From NCBI GenBank assembly GCA_963807635.1, contig CAWEDJ010000041.1, positions 39,130-103,129 on the forward strand: 64,000 bases of DNA. Direction: 5' to 3'. Positions 1-13,266 of the stretch are shown here, in pieces; position 1 is the first letter of the stretch, and every line of letters starts with the position of its first letter. This DNA comes from an uncultured cyanobacterium (GTDB lineage Bacteria > Cyanobacteriota > Cyanobacteriia > Cyanobacteriales > Microcystaceae). The notes below the pieces were generated by a model. That model made no database searches, had not been told where the DNA came from, and was given only the letters and a program-made list of their open reading frames with translations. The position numbers were made by a program, and so were the translations under genes.

Positions 1-449
1 CTTAATGGGAACTAAAAAGCATTTGTAGATGAAACAATAGAGAACTGCTCACAATGGAGCGGCAGAAATAAAAATAAAATAATTAAGATAAAACAAATAC
101 TAAGAAAACAATGATGAGTTTTCCTTGGAAAAAATAAATGGGTTATGGAGATAATCGCTACATAAAAATCATTATGGGTGTCCTTATTTCTAGAGAGAGA
201 AAGTATATCTTACTTAGAAAATCTTGTCTATTTTGATTGAGCAGATGTTATTACACTTAACCCCTTAATCAAATGCTTGGTGCCTAAAATACATTTCGTG
301 TGAAGACAATATTTAAGAGCAACTCTTTAGAGTATAACACATATTAATTAATTTTAGATAAGAACAGATAATTAGGGAAGAATTTTTAAACGCTCACCAA
401 TCAACTACTTAAATTGGGAAAATAAATCTTGATTAAAATTAGCATCTAC

Positions 450-1340
<891 letters not shown>

Positions 1341-1409
1341 AAATTCAATAATAAAGTTTAAAAATTAATCAACATCAAAAATTGTCACTAAAACCCTAGC
1401 AAAAAGATT

Positions 1410-2453
1410 TTACGCCGAAGCGTTAACCAACGAAGGTCTAAGCAGATTTTTCTGAACTAGCAATTCTGCAATTTGAATGGCATTCAGAGCCGCGCCCTTA
1501 CGAATTTGATCGCCACAGAGCCATAATTCTAACCCACAGGGATGGGAGAGATCTTGACGGATTCTTCCCACTAATACTTCATCTTTTCCTGTCGCATCAA
1601 TAGGCATAGGAAAATAATTAGACTCCCAATCTTCTACCAGTTTTACCCCTCGGGCCTGGGATAAAATTTCTCGTGCTTGAGAAACCGCAAAAGGACTGTC
1701 AAATTCTAGATTAACGGCTTCTGAATGGGCGCGGAGTACGGGAACCCGAACACAGGTCGCCGTCACCCGAATGGTTGAATCATTAAAGATTTTACGGGTT
1801 TCATTGATCATTTTGAGTTCTTCTTCACAATAACCCGAATCCATTAGGGGGGAATTATGGGGAAAAAGATTAAACGCCAGAGGATAGGGCAAAATTTCCG
1901 CTTTGACAGGCTCTCCCGACAAAATCGCTTTAGTCTGATGCTTCACTTCTTCCATTGCCATCGCTCCTGCTCCACTAGCCGACTGATAGGTGGCAATTAC
2001 CATGCGTCGGATCGGTTGAATTTGGTGCAAGGGATACACCGCAACGCCCAATAAAATGGTTGTGCAGTTGGGATTGGCGATAATGCCGTGATGGTGTTCT
2101 GCGGCTTCGGGATTGATTTCTGGGACAACCAACGGAACAGAGTCATCCATGCGAAAGGCACTGGAATTATCGATCATCACGGCTCCCGATGCGACAATGG
2201 TTTTCGCGCAGGCTTTAGAACTCGATCCGCCTGCCGAGGCTAATACAAGATCGATATTCTTGAAAGAATTTTCGTTAACGGCTTCTACGGTTAAAGATTT
2301 TCCTGCAAAAGCGAGTTTTTTACCAGCAGAACGGGGAGAAGCCAATAATTTCAACTGCTCAACAGGGAAATTTCGGGTTTCTAAGAGTTCTAAAAGCTCT
2401 GTTCCTACGGCTCCCGTCGCGCCGAGAATGGCAACACGTACAGATTTTGACAA
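1410..2453 (-). CDS. asd: aspartate-semialdehyde dehydrogenase
   Basis: GATGAVG, NPNCTT catalytic Cys, CVRVPV, RKGAALNA. Confidence 0.97.
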   Translation of the reverse strand: MSKSVRVAILGATGAVGTELLELLETRNFPVEQLKLLASPRSAGKKLAFAGKSLTVEAVNENSFKNIDLVLASAGGSSSKACAKTIVASGAVMIDNSSAFRMDDSVPLVVPEINPEAAEHHHGIIANPNCTTILLGVAVYPLHQIQPIRRMVIATYQSASGAGAMAMEEVKHQTKAILSGEPVKAEILPYPLAFNLFPHNSPLMDSGYCEEELKMINETRKIFNDSTIRVTATCVRVPVLRAHSEAVNLEFDSPFAVSQAREILSQARGVKLVEDWESNYFPMPIDATGKDEVLVGRIRQDLSHPCGLELWLCGDQIRKGAALNAIQIAELLVQKNLLRPSLVNASA

Positions 2454-3049
2454 GTGATACTCCTCCAGAAGTTAAAAAATCAGATTAGGAACGTAAAATT
2501 TAATAATTTTAATGAGTAAGGGGGGAAAAGATTATCCCGAAGGAAAATTTTCTTTAGGTATTTATTTTATTTATGATAAATAGAAAGAACTAGCCTGATA
2601 AGGTCAAGTCGCTATTGGTTTTAATCTTTGATTATAGATGATTAAGTTGTTTTTTATCGGGAAAAAATCCTCAGCAATTCATCTTACACTATGATGCTTT
2701 CTATTCCTTAACGGGCAAAGATTATTTTTCTCAACTCATTGACGACTTCCTTGGCAAATATTGTCTTGAAATAGTCTAAAAAAAGAAAAATAGAATAAAA
2801 ATGGCTAAGATGACTTTTTTTAGCCGCGCAACAACTCTAGCAGAAACTTAAATTTTCTGACCTCAAATGAACTATGATCACAAAAGGTCGATTGTGCAGA
2901 ACTGTACCCACCCAAGACTTTGTTCGGTGGAGTCGGTAGGCGATCGCCCTCTAAGCATACCATGTTAGTCGGCTCCCGTCAGCAACTATTCTGGTAGAAG
3001 AGTTCAAAATGTCTTAGATGTTCAACGTTAGTAATCAAATTAGGTATCA

Positions 3050-4465
3050 ATGAAAGTCACCCAGGAAAAACTCCCTGATAGTCAAATTGGTTTAGAAATT
3101 GAGATTCCAGCAGAAATTTCTCAAAAAATCTACAATACCACCCTACAAAGCTTTGCTCGCACTGCCAACATTCCTGGGTTCCGTAAGGGAAAGGTTCCTC
3201 GTCCAGTTTTATTACAACGGTTGGGTTCCAATCTCAATGCCGCGACCCTAGAAGATTCCATCAAATCGACCCTTGGGGATGCGATAGAACAAGAGAAAAT
3301 CGATTCTCTGGGAAGTTATCGACTCAAATCTTCCTTTGAAGAACTATTACAGAACTTTGTCCCTGGTCAACCCTTCACTTTTTCAGCGATTATCGAAGTC
3401 CCACCGACGATTGAAGTAGGCGACTATGGCGCGTTAACGATCCAAGCAGAAGAAGTTCCCTACAATCCCGAAGAAGTTGAAGAATGGTTCAAGGAACAGC
3501 AGGGAAAACAAGCAACGTTGATTCCTGTGGAAGAGCGTGCCGCCGATTGGGGAGATGTGGCCATTATTGACTACCAAGCCTACGAAGTCTCAGCAGAAGG
3601 GGAAACGGGGGAAGCGATCGCAGAAATGGTAGATAGCGATTTTAAGGTGGATCTAGAAAAGGGCAATTTAGTGGAAGGAATGGTTGAAGGTATTGTCGGC
3701 ATGAAACCCGAAGAAACCAAGGCCGTGACGGTCACCTTTCCCCAGGACTATCCTCTAGAACAGGTGGCGGGGCAACCCGTGCGTTTTGACATTACCCTCA
3801 AGGAACTCAAAACCAAAGAATTACCTGAATTAGATGATGATTTCGCTGATGAAGTGAGTGAATACGAAACCTTGGAGGAATTGCGGGCTTCTTTAGAGGA
3901 GAATTATCGTAAAAAGGCAGCCGATAGCACGGAAAACAACATTAATACGGCGATTATCAACGAATTAGTTAAAATTTCTGAGGTTGATCTGCCCGATTCC
4001 CTCGTACAGGAAGAAATTACCCAGGTTTTAACCGAAACCCTGAGCCGATTAGAGCAAATGGGCCTCGACCCCCGCTCTATTTTTACGGCTGAACTGGTTC
4101 CCAAACTTCGGGAAAATGCTCGCCCAGAAGCAGTCCAACGCCTACAACAAATTCTTATTATCAAGAAAATTGCTCAAACTGAGTCCATTGAACCAGAGGC
4201 TAGTGAAATTCGGGAAAGGGTGAACACAATTAAGGCTCGTTTTGCGAATGAATCCCTCGATCTGGAAAAATTGAAGGCGATCGTTACCGAAGAAATCATC
4301 GCAGAAAAAACGATGGCTGTGTTGCGGGAAAAAGTAACGGTGGAACTCGTTCCCCTGGGAACCCTCACCCCGCCCGAAGAAGATGACGAAGATGAAAACA
4401 CCATTGAAGCCGAAGTAGTGGAATCCTCTGAAGCTGAAGTCGTGGAAACCCCTAATGAAGCTTAG
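3050..4465 (+). CDS. tig: trigger factor
   Basis: PGFRKGKVP signature, FKBP-like domain, directly upstream of clpP-clpX. Confidence 0.96.
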   Translation: MKVTQEKLPDSQIGLEIEIPAEISQKIYNTTLQSFARTANIPGFRKGKVPRPVLLQRLGSNLNAATLEDSIKSTLGDAIEQEKIDSLGSYRLKSSFEELLQNFVPGQPFTFSAIIEVPPTIEVGDYGALTIQAEEVPYNPEEVEEWFKEQQGKQATLIPVEERAADWGDVAIIDYQAYEVSAEGETGEAIAEMVDSDFKVDLEKGNLVEGMVEGIVGMKPEETKAVTVTFPQDYPLEQVAGQPVRFDITLKELKTKELPELDDDFADEVSEYETLEELRASLEENYRKKAADSTENNINTAIINELVKISEVDLPDSLVQEEITQVLTETLSRLEQMGLDPRSIFTAELVPKLRENARPEAVQRLQQILIIKKIAQTESIEPEASEIRERVNTIKARFANESLDLEKLKAIVTEEIIAEKTMAVLREKVTVELVPLGTLTPPEEDDEDENTIEAEVVESSEAEVVETPNEA

Positions 4466-4602
4466 TTTTCTCTGATCTTGACTCTGCCCCATTCCCGTCT
4501 AATTGCGTCATAATGGGGTGGAGTATGTGAAAATGTTTTTAAAATTTGGGTATTCTCTGAGAAGGCGACCCAAATCCAACTAAATTTAATGATCTTTTTC
4601 CT

Positions 4603-5280
4603 ATGGTTCAATCGCGATCACCAAATTATGCCCTAGAGAGCTATCGTGGCTCTGATATCCAAAACGTCGTCCCGATGGTGGTCGAGCAATCTGGAGTAGG
4701 GGAGCGGGCCTTTGATATCTACTCTCGCCTGTTGCGGGAAAGAATCATCTTTTTGGGAACTCCCGTCGATGACCAAGTGGCAGATTCTATTGTTGCCCAA
4801 TTGCTTTTTCTGGATGCGGAAGACCCTGAAAAGGATATCCAACTTTATATCAATTCCCCTGGTGGTTCGGTGTATGCAGGACTTGCAATCTACGATACCA
4901 TGCAACAAATTCGTCCCGATGTCGTCACGATTTGTTTTGGATTGGCCGCGAGTATGGGGGCATTTCTCCTGACTGCGGGGGCGCACGGTAAACGGATGGC
5001 TCTTCCCAGTTCCCGAATCATGATCCACCAACCCTTGGGGGGTGCCCAGGGGCAAGCAGTGGAAATCGAGATTCAAGCCAGGGAAATTCTTTATATTAAA
5101 GAGCGTTTGAATACCATGTTAGCCGAGCATACGGGTCGTCCCTTTGATCAGATTGCGGCTGATACGGAACGGGATTTCTTTATGTCTGCCCAAGAAGCCC
5201 AAGAATACGGACTGATTGACCGTGTTATTATTCGCCCAAACCTGCCTGATCCTACTGTTCCTGTCACCTCGTTGAGCTAG
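4603..5280 (+). CDS. clpP: Clp protease proteolytic subunit
   Basis: INSPGG, AASMGA, RIMIHQP motifs. Confidence 0.97.
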   Translation: MVQSRSPNYALESYRGSDIQNVVPMVVEQSGVGERAFDIYSRLLRERIIFLGTPVDDQVADSIVAQLLFLDAEDPEKDIQLYINSPGGSVYAGLAIYDTMQQIRPDVVTICFGLAASMGAFLLTAGAHGKRMALPSSRIMIHQPLGGAQGQAVEIEIQAREILYIKERLNTMLAEHTGRPFDQIAADTERDFFMSAQEAQEYGLIDRVIIRPNLPDPTVPVTSLS

Positions 5281-5284
5281 TGCT

Positions 5285-6622
5285 ATGTCTAAATACGACT
5301 CCCACCTAAAATGTTCGTTTTGTGGTAAATCCCAGGAACAAGTGCGAAAGTTGATCGCAGGGCCAGGAGTCTATATTTGCGACGAATGCGTAGAGCTATG
5401 CAACGAAATTTTAGATGAAGAATTATTAGAGGCTCCCCCTGCGGCCGCTTCTTCTCGTTCTTCCGAAAATTCAAAACGTCGTTCCCAGGGCGATCGCCTT
5501 TCCCTCGGACAGCTCCCCAAACCGACGGAAATCAAAAAGCATTTAGATGATTATGTGATAGGCCAAGATGACGCAAAAAAAGTTCTTTCCGTCGCGGTTT
5601 ACAATCATTACAAACGATTAAGTCTCGTTCAAGACAATAAGGAAGAAGCGGACGAAGATGCCATTGAACTCCAAAAATCTAATATTCTGTTAGTCGGCCC
5701 AACAGGATCGGGAAAAACCCTTTTAGCCCAGACCCTCGCTAAAATTTTGGATGTGCCTTTTGCAGTCGCCGATGCCACGACCCTCACGGAAGCAGGTTAT
5801 GTGGGGGAAGATGTGGAAAATATTCTCCTGCGTTTATTGCAAGTCGCCGATCTAGACGTAGAAGAAGCCCAACGGGGAATTATCTATATTGATGAAATTG
5901 ATAAAATTGCGCGTAAAAGTGAAAATCCATCGATTACCCGCGATGTTTCAGGAGAAGGCGTACAGCAAGCTCTTTTAAAAATGTTGGAAGGAACAACGGC
6001 AAATGTGCCTCCCCAGGGCGGACGGAAACATCCTTATCAGGATTGCATTCAAATTGATACCAGTAATATTCTCTTTATCTGTGGCGGAGCGTTTGTCGGA
6101 CTAGAAAAAGTCGTGGATCAACGTCTGGGTAAAAAATCGATGGGATTTGTGCGTCCCGTTGGTGGGGATACGGCTCCTAGTAAGGAAAAACGGGCGGCGG
6201 AACTCGTTCGTCAGGTAGAACCCGATGATTTGGTGAAATTTGGCATGATTCCTGAGTTTGTCGGTCGGATTCCTGTTATGGCTTCCCTCGATCCTCTGGA
6301 TGAAGATACTTTAGTGGCGATTTTGACCCAACCTCGTAATGCCCTGGTGAAGCAGTATCAAAAACTGTTGGGGATGGACGATGTGATCTTAGATTTTAAA
6401 CCCGATGCCATCAGCGCGATCGCCAAGGAAGCCTATCGACGGAAAACAGGGGCTAGGGCTTTACGGGGAATTGTGGAAGAGTTGATGTTAGAGGTGATGT
6501 ACGAGCTACCGTCACGGGCTGATGTTCAACGTTGTACGATTACCCGTGAAATGGTTGAAAAACGCTCTACGGCTGAGTTGTTAATTCATCCCTCATCATT
6601 GCCGAAACCTGAATCCGCTTAG
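5285..6622 (+). CDS. clpX: Clp protease ATP-binding subunit ClpX
   Basis: CSFCGK zinc finger, [16 protein letters not shown]. Confidence 0.98.
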   Translation: MSKYDSHLKCSFCGKSQEQVRKLIAGPGVYICDECVELCNEILDEELLEAPPAAASSRSSENSKRRSQGDRLSLGQLPKPTEIKKHLDDYVIGQDDAKKVLSVAVYNHYKRLSLVQDNKEEADEDAIELQKSNILLVGPTGSGKTLLAQTLAKILDVPFAVADATTLTEAGYVGEDVENILLRLLQVADLDVEEAQRGIIYIDEIDKIARKSENPSITRDVSGEGVQQALLKMLEGTTANVPPQGGRKHPYQDCIQIDTSNILFICGGAFVGLEKVVDQRLGKKSMGFVRPVGGDTAPSKEKRAAELVRQVEPDDLVKFGMIPEFVGRIPVMASLDPLDEDTLVAILTQPRNALVKQYQKLLGMDDVILDFKPDAISAIAKEAYRRKTGARALRGIVEELMLEVMYELPSRADVQRCTITREMVEKRSTAELLIHPSSLPKPESA

Positions 6623-6751
6623 GTTAATTGGAAGTTAGACACTAACCAACTACAAAATATTTAAGTATTGATTATTGCAATAAATTCGCAAAATACCACA
6701 GAAATTATTAATCATTTTAATCAAATTAAATTCGGTAGCTATAATTGCTTA

Positions 6752-7041
6752 TAATACCAATTATTTAATGTTTACTTTTTTCCTAAAAACTTAATTTTTT
6801 ACTTCATTTTCTTCAATTCAAACATGACAGAGGTTTGTTCCACAGACTATCAGCAGAAACTATCCTTCAATTCACCTCACCATATGGGATCTCAGATTTT
6901 TCTATTTTTTTGTTGAACAATTTAGGTTAGATTACTTAGAGGAAGCGTTGTTAGATTTTACAGATCTTATGGAACTAGATATTTGGTTACAATCTTGTAT
7001 TGCAGAATAGAGAGATCGCTCTTTTAAGTTAATTGGTATTA
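6752..7041. mobile_element. MITE-like remnant with 12-bp terminal inverted repeats
   Basis: TAATACCAATTA at 6752-6763 and its exact reverse complement at 7030-7041; no transposase inside. Confidence 0.45.
6900..7000 (+). pseudogene. DUF4351-like fragment
   Basis: translates ...DYLEEALLDFTDLMELDIWLQ, resembling the EALLDF motif; no intact start. Confidence 0.5.
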
Positions 7042-7141
7042 GAATATAGGCTTCCTTGCTCAATTCTGTCATTTATTGATTTTATAGGTTTCAAAGTTAA
7101 TAAAATCGGTACTATTTTCTCATGAGATAAACTTATACAAT

Positions 7142-7879
7142 TTATTTAATATTATCAGACTTAACTTTTTCACAAAAAACAATAAATTCTTGAAAGCTAA
7201 GTAAGTGATCCGTATTCGTTTGAATCCTAGCTAATAACTGTTGAAGATAAAATTCTTCTTGTACTTCTTTGGGTCTGGCTTTAAAGTATGATAAGTCACG
7301 CTCTTTGAAAATTTCCCTAAGATAACTTTCATGGAATAAGGCTTTTGTCTTGTATCCAAAAATTTCTTTCCCGTTATCTTTATCTTGTACAAATTCAGCC
7401 GCTAAATCTTCAGGATTCTTTTGACTGACATCAAAATATTGAACATATTCTTTCAAGAGTTCATTTTTCTGTGGATGTCTGACAAAAAAATTTCTGTTTC
7501 CTAAAAACCAAGTTTCAATACAGACTTTTTGTACAATAATCTCAAGTTTACAATTTTGAGGTAGAAATTGAAAAGGTTTATCGTTTAATTCGAGCTTAAT
7601 TTTCTCCATCGCTTCTACTTTTTTTTCTTCGACAGTAAAACGATCTGCATCTGTTAGCAATACTAGATAATCATATTTGGGTACTTCATTAATGTCTTGA
7701 ATTGCATTAGCACAAACTCTATAGCAACTAGGAACGCCCACATCACTCTCGTAATAGTAATTATTATGGTTGACAGAATCAAAGCTATCTACTTCGGTTA
7801 ATTGAGGTAAGAGTACAGATAACCATTTTTTATAGACAATTGGCTCTGTTTTTCCTTCAAATACAAAATAAAAATTCAT
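7142..7879 (-). CDS. TOPRIM-like protein (RloB/DUF4276-type partner of ABC ATPase)
   Basis: FEGKTE acidic motif, LTDAD DxD, ETWFL; 1 bp downstream of the ATPase. Confidence 0.65.
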   Translation of the reverse strand: MNFYFVFEGKTEPIVYKKWLSVLLPQLTEVDSFDSVNHNNYYYESDVGVPSCYRVCANAIQDINEVPKYDYLVLLTDADRFTVEEKKVEAMEKIKLELNDKPFQFLPQNCKLEIIVQKVCIETWFLGNRNFFVRHPQKNELLKEYVQYFDVSQKNPEDLAAEFVQDKDNGKEIFGYKTKALFHESYLREIFKERDLSYFKARPKEVQEEFYLQQLLARIQTNTDHLLSFQEFIVFCEKVKSDNIK

Positions 7880-7880
7880 C

Positions 7881-9011
7881 TTAGGCTTGTTTTTCTAAAA
7901 TTTTAGTTAACTGAATAAATGCGTCTTGTTTGGATCTGCCTAATTTATACTCTGATGTATCACGGATGCTAATATGTCCACCTTGTCGCGTAACAATTTT
8001 CCAATATTCATAGGGTATATTATTAATGATATAAGGATGATGGCTGGTCGCAATAAATTGCAAGGTCTTGTTTTCATGAATTAGATCCTCCGTTAAAATG
8101 TCTATGCAGTTAATCCCTAAGCTATTTTCAAACTCATCAATTAAGATAACTGTACCTTCGCTAGAAAGAAAAATTTCGCTAAGGTGAATAAGTGTCCGCA
8201 TCATCCCTGAAGAGACTCTATCTTCTCTAATCCATTTAGAGACAGATTCTTCTTTTATATAAATAGCAGGAATAGCTTCAGCCCATTTTGCAGGGATACC
8301 ATTCATTTCAAGAGGTGCAGATTTAATATCTTTAACTTGTTGAAAAACATCAATAAACTTTGACTTGATTTTCTCAAAAATATCCAATTTATTTTCATAA
8401 ATTAAGTATAATTTAGTTTTAACATCTTCATCGCTATTAATAATATTTTCTAACGTTGTATATTTATTTTTAAGAAGATGTAAAGGTAAAGATTTTTCCG
8501 ATATGCTAAAGGAAGAGCCATTTCTTGTATGGTCACGATATTCTATTTTATTGAGAGCATTAAAAATTTCTGTGATAGCACTTTCTTCCCTTAAAAGATA
8601 AATCATAGATTGATGAGATGAAAGTTTGGGTATAGTTTTTCCTTGATATTGATTTAATTCTTCATTTCGCTCGACTAAAACCGTGTCTTTTGACGTTATT
8701 TTTTCATAAAGTAATGGTGATTTTACTGGTTCATCTTCATCTTCAATATACAGACCATCTACGTCAACGGTATCAAAACTACCTTCCCAAATAAATTCAG
8801 TATTATTTATAGTAGAAAATCTTATTTTCCACTCCAATCCATTAATTGTCTTCCCATTAGCAATACGACTTAAATCAATAATTCCTCTTAAAATTTGAGT
8901 TTTCCCTGCACCAGAAACGCCCACTAAAAGAGTTAGGTTTGATGAAAAATCGACTTCATCAAAATCCCATCCTAAAAAGTTATTCTTTAATTTAAGTGAA
9001 AGAATTTTCAT
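7881..9011 (-). CDS. soluble ABC-type ATPase (AAA_15/AAA_21-like)
   Basis: Walker A GVSGAGKT, signature VSSGM, Walker B LIDEFEN, TSHHP; no TM segments. Confidence 0.85.
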   Translation of the reverse strand: MKILSLKLKNNFLGWDFDEVDFSSNLTLLVGVSGAGKTQILRGIIDLSRIANGKTINGLEWKIRFSTINNTEFIWEGSFDTVDVDGLYIEDEDEPVKSPLLYEKITSKDTVLVERNEELNQYQGKTIPKLSSHQSMIYLLREESAITEIFNALNKIEYRDHTRNGSSFSISEKSLPLHLLKNKYTTLENIINSDEDVKTKLYLIYENKLDIFEKIKSKFIDVFQQVKDIKSAPLEMNGIPAKWAEAIPAIYIKEESVSKWIREDRVSSGMMRTLIHLSEIFLSSEGTVILIDEFENSLGINCIDILTEDLIHENKTLQFIATSHHPYIINNIPYEYWKIVTRQGGHISIRDTSEYKLGRSKQDAFIQLTKILEKQA

Positions 9012-9159
9012 GATTTAAAACTTCAGAAAATATAAACTAACAATAAACACAGTCACCAGTTATAAACTTTATCTTAGCAGAAAGAAGAGAAGCCGATCAC
9101 ATTCACCTTATTTCACAATATAAAACGATCACGTTTCAAATTGATGATCTATAATTTTC

Positions 9160-9594
9160 CTAATTTTCCTGACAATATTGATTCGTCTGAGTAATAATAT
9201 TCTGTTCTTTTTTACCGATTTGTTGCACTTGATCCTGCGCTAATTTAGCTGTCGGAATATCTTTTGTTTCTAACGCTTTGACAAAACTACGAGTTGTTTC
9301 TGCATTTCCTTGATAAATCTCTGCTAGACCTTGCTGATATTCCGTTAATTTAGGATCTTTTAGCTCTATTTTTTTAAGTTCTTCCGAAGATTTTTCAAAG
9401 GAATCGGCTACTTCTAATACCGTTTTAATATCTTTGGTTTCTCGATTTTTGGCACTTTCTTCCGCCATTTTTTTGGTGATTAAAAAGATCTTTTGGCATT
9501 GAGCCGTTTTCGTTTCAGCACAACTCCCTAATAAAACCGCGATCGCGGGAATGAGACAGAAGAAAGAGATGTATCGTTTGTGTTGACTATTCAT
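9160..9594 (-). CDS. hypothetical lipoprotein
   Basis: signal peptide with LLGSC lipobox, helical body. Confidence 0.7.
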   Translation of the reverse strand: MNSQHKRYISFFCLIPAIAVLLGSCAETKTAQCQKIFLITKKMAEESAKNRETKDIKTVLEVADSFEKSSEELKKIELKDPKLTEYQQGLAEIYQGNAETTRSFVKALETKDIPTAKLAQDQVQQIGKKEQNIITQTNQYCQEN

Positions 9595-9609
9595 ACTACT
9601 GATAAATTT

Positions 9610-10693
9610 TTATTTGAGATTACTATTCTTTTTCTGATTGGGTAAACGCAAATCAGGCGTATTTCTAGGGGATAAAATTTGATTTAAGGCCCGTAATTGC
9701 TCAACGGTTCCCAAACAAATCAAAGAATCTCCCTCCAATAAAAGCGTATCTCCCATCGGCCCGACAATTAAGTTTCGGTCTGCCCTGCGAATGGCCAAAA
9801 CCAATGCCCCTGACTGTGATCGCAATCTGGCTTCACTCAGGGTTTGACCAATATGATTGCAGGTTTCGGCTTCGATGCGGAATTCTTCCATATAAAAAGA
9901 GCGATCAGCTCCCGTTAAAATGCCATCCACGAAATCCACCACTTGAGGGCCTAAGGGCGGCGGCGGCCAAACGTTTTCCCCCCGTAATGTAGGGAGAAAC
10001 CACTTCATCAGCTCCTGCCCGTTGTAATTTTTTGACCGCTTCTTCCGTACTAGCTCTGGCGATCGCGCGAATTTGAGGATTAAGGGTTTTCGCAGACAGA
10101 ACCGTATAGAGATTTTCCGCATCCGAGGTGAGAGCTGCCACAATACAAACCGCCTGGTCAATTTTCGCCGTTAAGAGAGATTCGTCCAGAGTCGCATCTC
10201 CCACAATCACTTGATAGCCTAGATTTTTTGCCCTTTCTACCTGACCTGCATCGGAATCAATAATCACAAAATTAATGCTTTCTGTTTGAAATTCTGCCGC
10301 AATTTGGCATCCCGTCCGCCCAAAACCGCAGAGAATATAATGATTGGTTAATTTTTCTAACACTCGCTGATCCTGCCTTTGTTGAATACTCTCTTGAAAA
10401 TATCCCTGAATAAACGCTTCTGTAAAGCGATTGACCATATAACCAATCGTCACTACCCCCATAAAAATTAAGACAATGGTAAATAGACGAGATCTAGCAT
10501 CTAGGGGATGAATTTCCCCAAAACCGACCGTTGCCAAGGTACTGGTTGTCATGTAAGCCGAATCCACCCAAGACCATTTTTCTACAAAACGAAACCAGAA
10601 GGTTCCGAGAACAAATACCCCGATAAAGGCAATGATTCCTCCCAAAAACTCTTGATGAAAACGACGAATTTGCTGGTCTCTGGTATTTAGCAT
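9610..10693 (-). CDS. potassium channel with TrkA-N/TrkA-C (RCK) domains; frameshift near 9949
   Basis: TVGFGE filter, CGFGRTG Rossmann motif; C-terminal part continues in the 9610-10161 frame. Confidence 0.88.
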
Positions 10694-10851
10694 CAGTATT
10701 AATGTCTTGGTCTCATGAAAATTCGTTCCGAAAGGGTATGACTCGCTTTAAAATCACAGTATAGTTTTTAGATCGAAATGAACAACTTTTTTCCTAAATT
10801 TTGGATACAATTTTCCAAAATCTATACCACAACTTCAATTAGGAGTTAATT

Positions 10852-12133
10852 GTGAGCCCAACAACGCTGCTTGATAATCCTGGGGTTTCCCCTGAATCTA
10901 CCGCTTCTCGTTCTTTTAATCAAGAGGATTTCAATACCTATGTCATGAATACCTATGGACGATTTCCCATTGCGATCGCCAAAGGAGAAGGTTGTCGTCT
11001 TTGGGATACCGCAGGTAAAAGAGTATTTAGATTTTGTGGCAGGGATTGCGACCTGTACCCTCGGTCATGGTCATCCCGTCCTCTCTAAAACGATCGCAGA
11101 GCAAATTCATAAATTGCATCACGTTTCCAATCTCTACTACGTTCCTGAACAGGGAGAGCTTGCTAAGTGGATTGTCGATCATTCCTGTGCCGATCGCGTT
11201 TTTTTCTGCAATTCGGGAGCCGAAGCCAACGAAGCGGCCATTAAATTAGTCCGTAAATATGCCCATACTGTCCTAGATTTTTTAGAACAACCTGTTATCT
11301 TAACTGCCCACGCCAGTTTTCATGGTCGGACGTTAGCCACCCTCACTGCAACGGGGCAACCCAAGTATCAAAAGCACTTTGATCCCCTGATGCCAGGTTT
11401 TGCCTATGTTCCCTACAACGATATTGGCGCGATCGAAAATGCTGTCACTGATCTGGATGAAGGAAATCGTCGTGTTGCGGCCATCATGCTAGAACCTCTA
11501 CAGGGAGAAGGCGGCATTCGTCCAGGGAATGTAGAGTATTTCCAACGCCTGCGTCAACTCTGCGATCAGAATGATATTTTATTGGTCTTTGATGAAGTCC
11601 AAGTCGGAGTGGGTCGGACGGGCAAACTCTGGGGCTACGAAAATCTGGGCGTTGAACCTGATATTTTCACCAGTGCCAAGGGTCTGGCGGGCGGCGTTCC
11701 CATTGGAGCCATGATGTGCAAGAAATTCTGTGATGTCTTTGAACCTGGAAACCATGCTAGTACCTTTGGCGGTAATCCCCTCGTCTGTGCGGCAGGGTTA
11801 ACGGTATTGAAAACCATTGAACAGGATCACCTCCTAGAAAATGTCTGCGAACGGGGTGAACAATTGCGATCGCGTCTCAAGGAATTGGCGACCAAATATA
11901 GTCCTTTGTTTACCGATGTTCGGGGTTGGGGATTAATTAATGGCATGGAAATTAGTGCCGATAGTGATATCACTTCCATTGAAATTGTTAATGCCGCTTT
12001 AACGGAAGGTTTATTACTCGCCCCTGCTGACCGCAAGGTTCTACGCTTTGTTCCGCCGTTGATTGTTTCGGAAGCTGAAGTCGAAAAGGCTATGACGCTT
12101 CTGGATAAGGCGATCGCCAAAGTGAAAGGCTGA
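10852..12133 (+). CDS. argD: acetylornithine aminotransferase; frameshift near 11018
   Basis: MNTYGRFP in one frame, then YLDFVAGIA, DEVQ, AKGLAGG, HASTFGGNP. Confidence 0.92.
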
Positions 12134-12153
12134 AACTAATATTTTCCAAAAGT

Positions 12154-12202
12154 ATCAATTATCAGGAGTTAAATTTTCTGCTGATAATTGATTGTTTTTT
12201 TT
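12154..12202 (+). terminator. intrinsic terminator after argD
   Basis: ATCAATTATCAG / CTGATAATTGAT stem followed by a T run. Confidence 0.6.
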
Positions 12203-12278
12203 GACTTAAATGTTTTAATTGCCTCTATTTGGAAAAAGTTGTGATCGATAGACCTTTTCTGATTAACTAGAGTTATGG

Positions 12279-13266
12279 ATGTTACTTCGAACGCGATCGC
12301 ACATTTTAGATTTAGCCGACTGGACTGCGGCTGAATACGACATTGTATTACAAACCGCCTGTAGTTTTCGAGATGTATTAGCAGGACGCACGAAAAAAGT
12401 CCCCGCTCTTCAGGGGCAGGTAGTAACTAATCTTTTTTTGAACCCTCGACCCGTACCCGTAGTAGCTTCGAGTTAGCGGCCAAGCGTTTGTCGGCAGATG
12501 TGATGAATTTCACGCCTGGTAGTTCCTCTTTGACCAAAGGCGAAACAATTTTAGACACTGCCAAGACCTATCTCGCGATGGGAGCCGATATCATGGTGAT
12601 TCGCCATCAACAGGCGGGCGTTCCCAAATTTATCGCTTCCGAAATGGATCGTTTGGATGTGGGCGTGAAGGTTTTAAACGCAGGAGACGGGCAACATGAA
12701 CACCCTTCCCAAGCCTTGTTAGATTTATATCCGATCGCGACCTTATTAGATTACGAAAAACCCTGTTTAGAACGTTTAAGAGGCAAAAAAATTGCGATCG
12801 TGGGGGATATTCTCCATTCCCGTGTGGCTCGTTCTAATATTTGGAGTTTGACCGCCGCAGGAGCCGATGTGCATTTAGCAGGGCCACCGACGCTGTTGCC
12901 CACTTTATTTTCCGGAATGAAGGGCGCGAATCAAACGGGAAGTTTAACTCTCCATTGGGACTTAGAACCTGCTTTAGTCAATGCGGATTTTGTGATGGCC
13001 TTACGCTTACAAAAGGAACGGATGACGGCCCATTTGTTACCCAGTTTACGCGAATATCATCAACGCTACGGCATTACCCGCGATCGCCTTAAGTCTTGCA
13101 AAGCTGAAGTCAAGGTTTTACATCCAGCCCCGTTAACCGAGGAGTAGAAATTAGTTCAGATTTAATGGATGACCCCCAATTCAGTCTAATTCAGCAACAG
13201 GTGACGAGCGGTGTCGCGATTCGCATGGCATTGTTGTATTTAATTGGAACTTCTGAAGATCCTTAG
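12279..13266 (+). CDS. pyrB: aspartate carbamoyltransferase catalytic subunit; frameshifts near 12436 and 13127
   Basis: EPSTRT, HEHPSQ, RLQKER and HP(G)PVNRGVE recovered across three frames. Confidence 0.9.

Noticed and set aside
1..449. 5' part of a gene at the left window edge
   Set aside because: No convincing open frame or motif found in this AT-rich stretch
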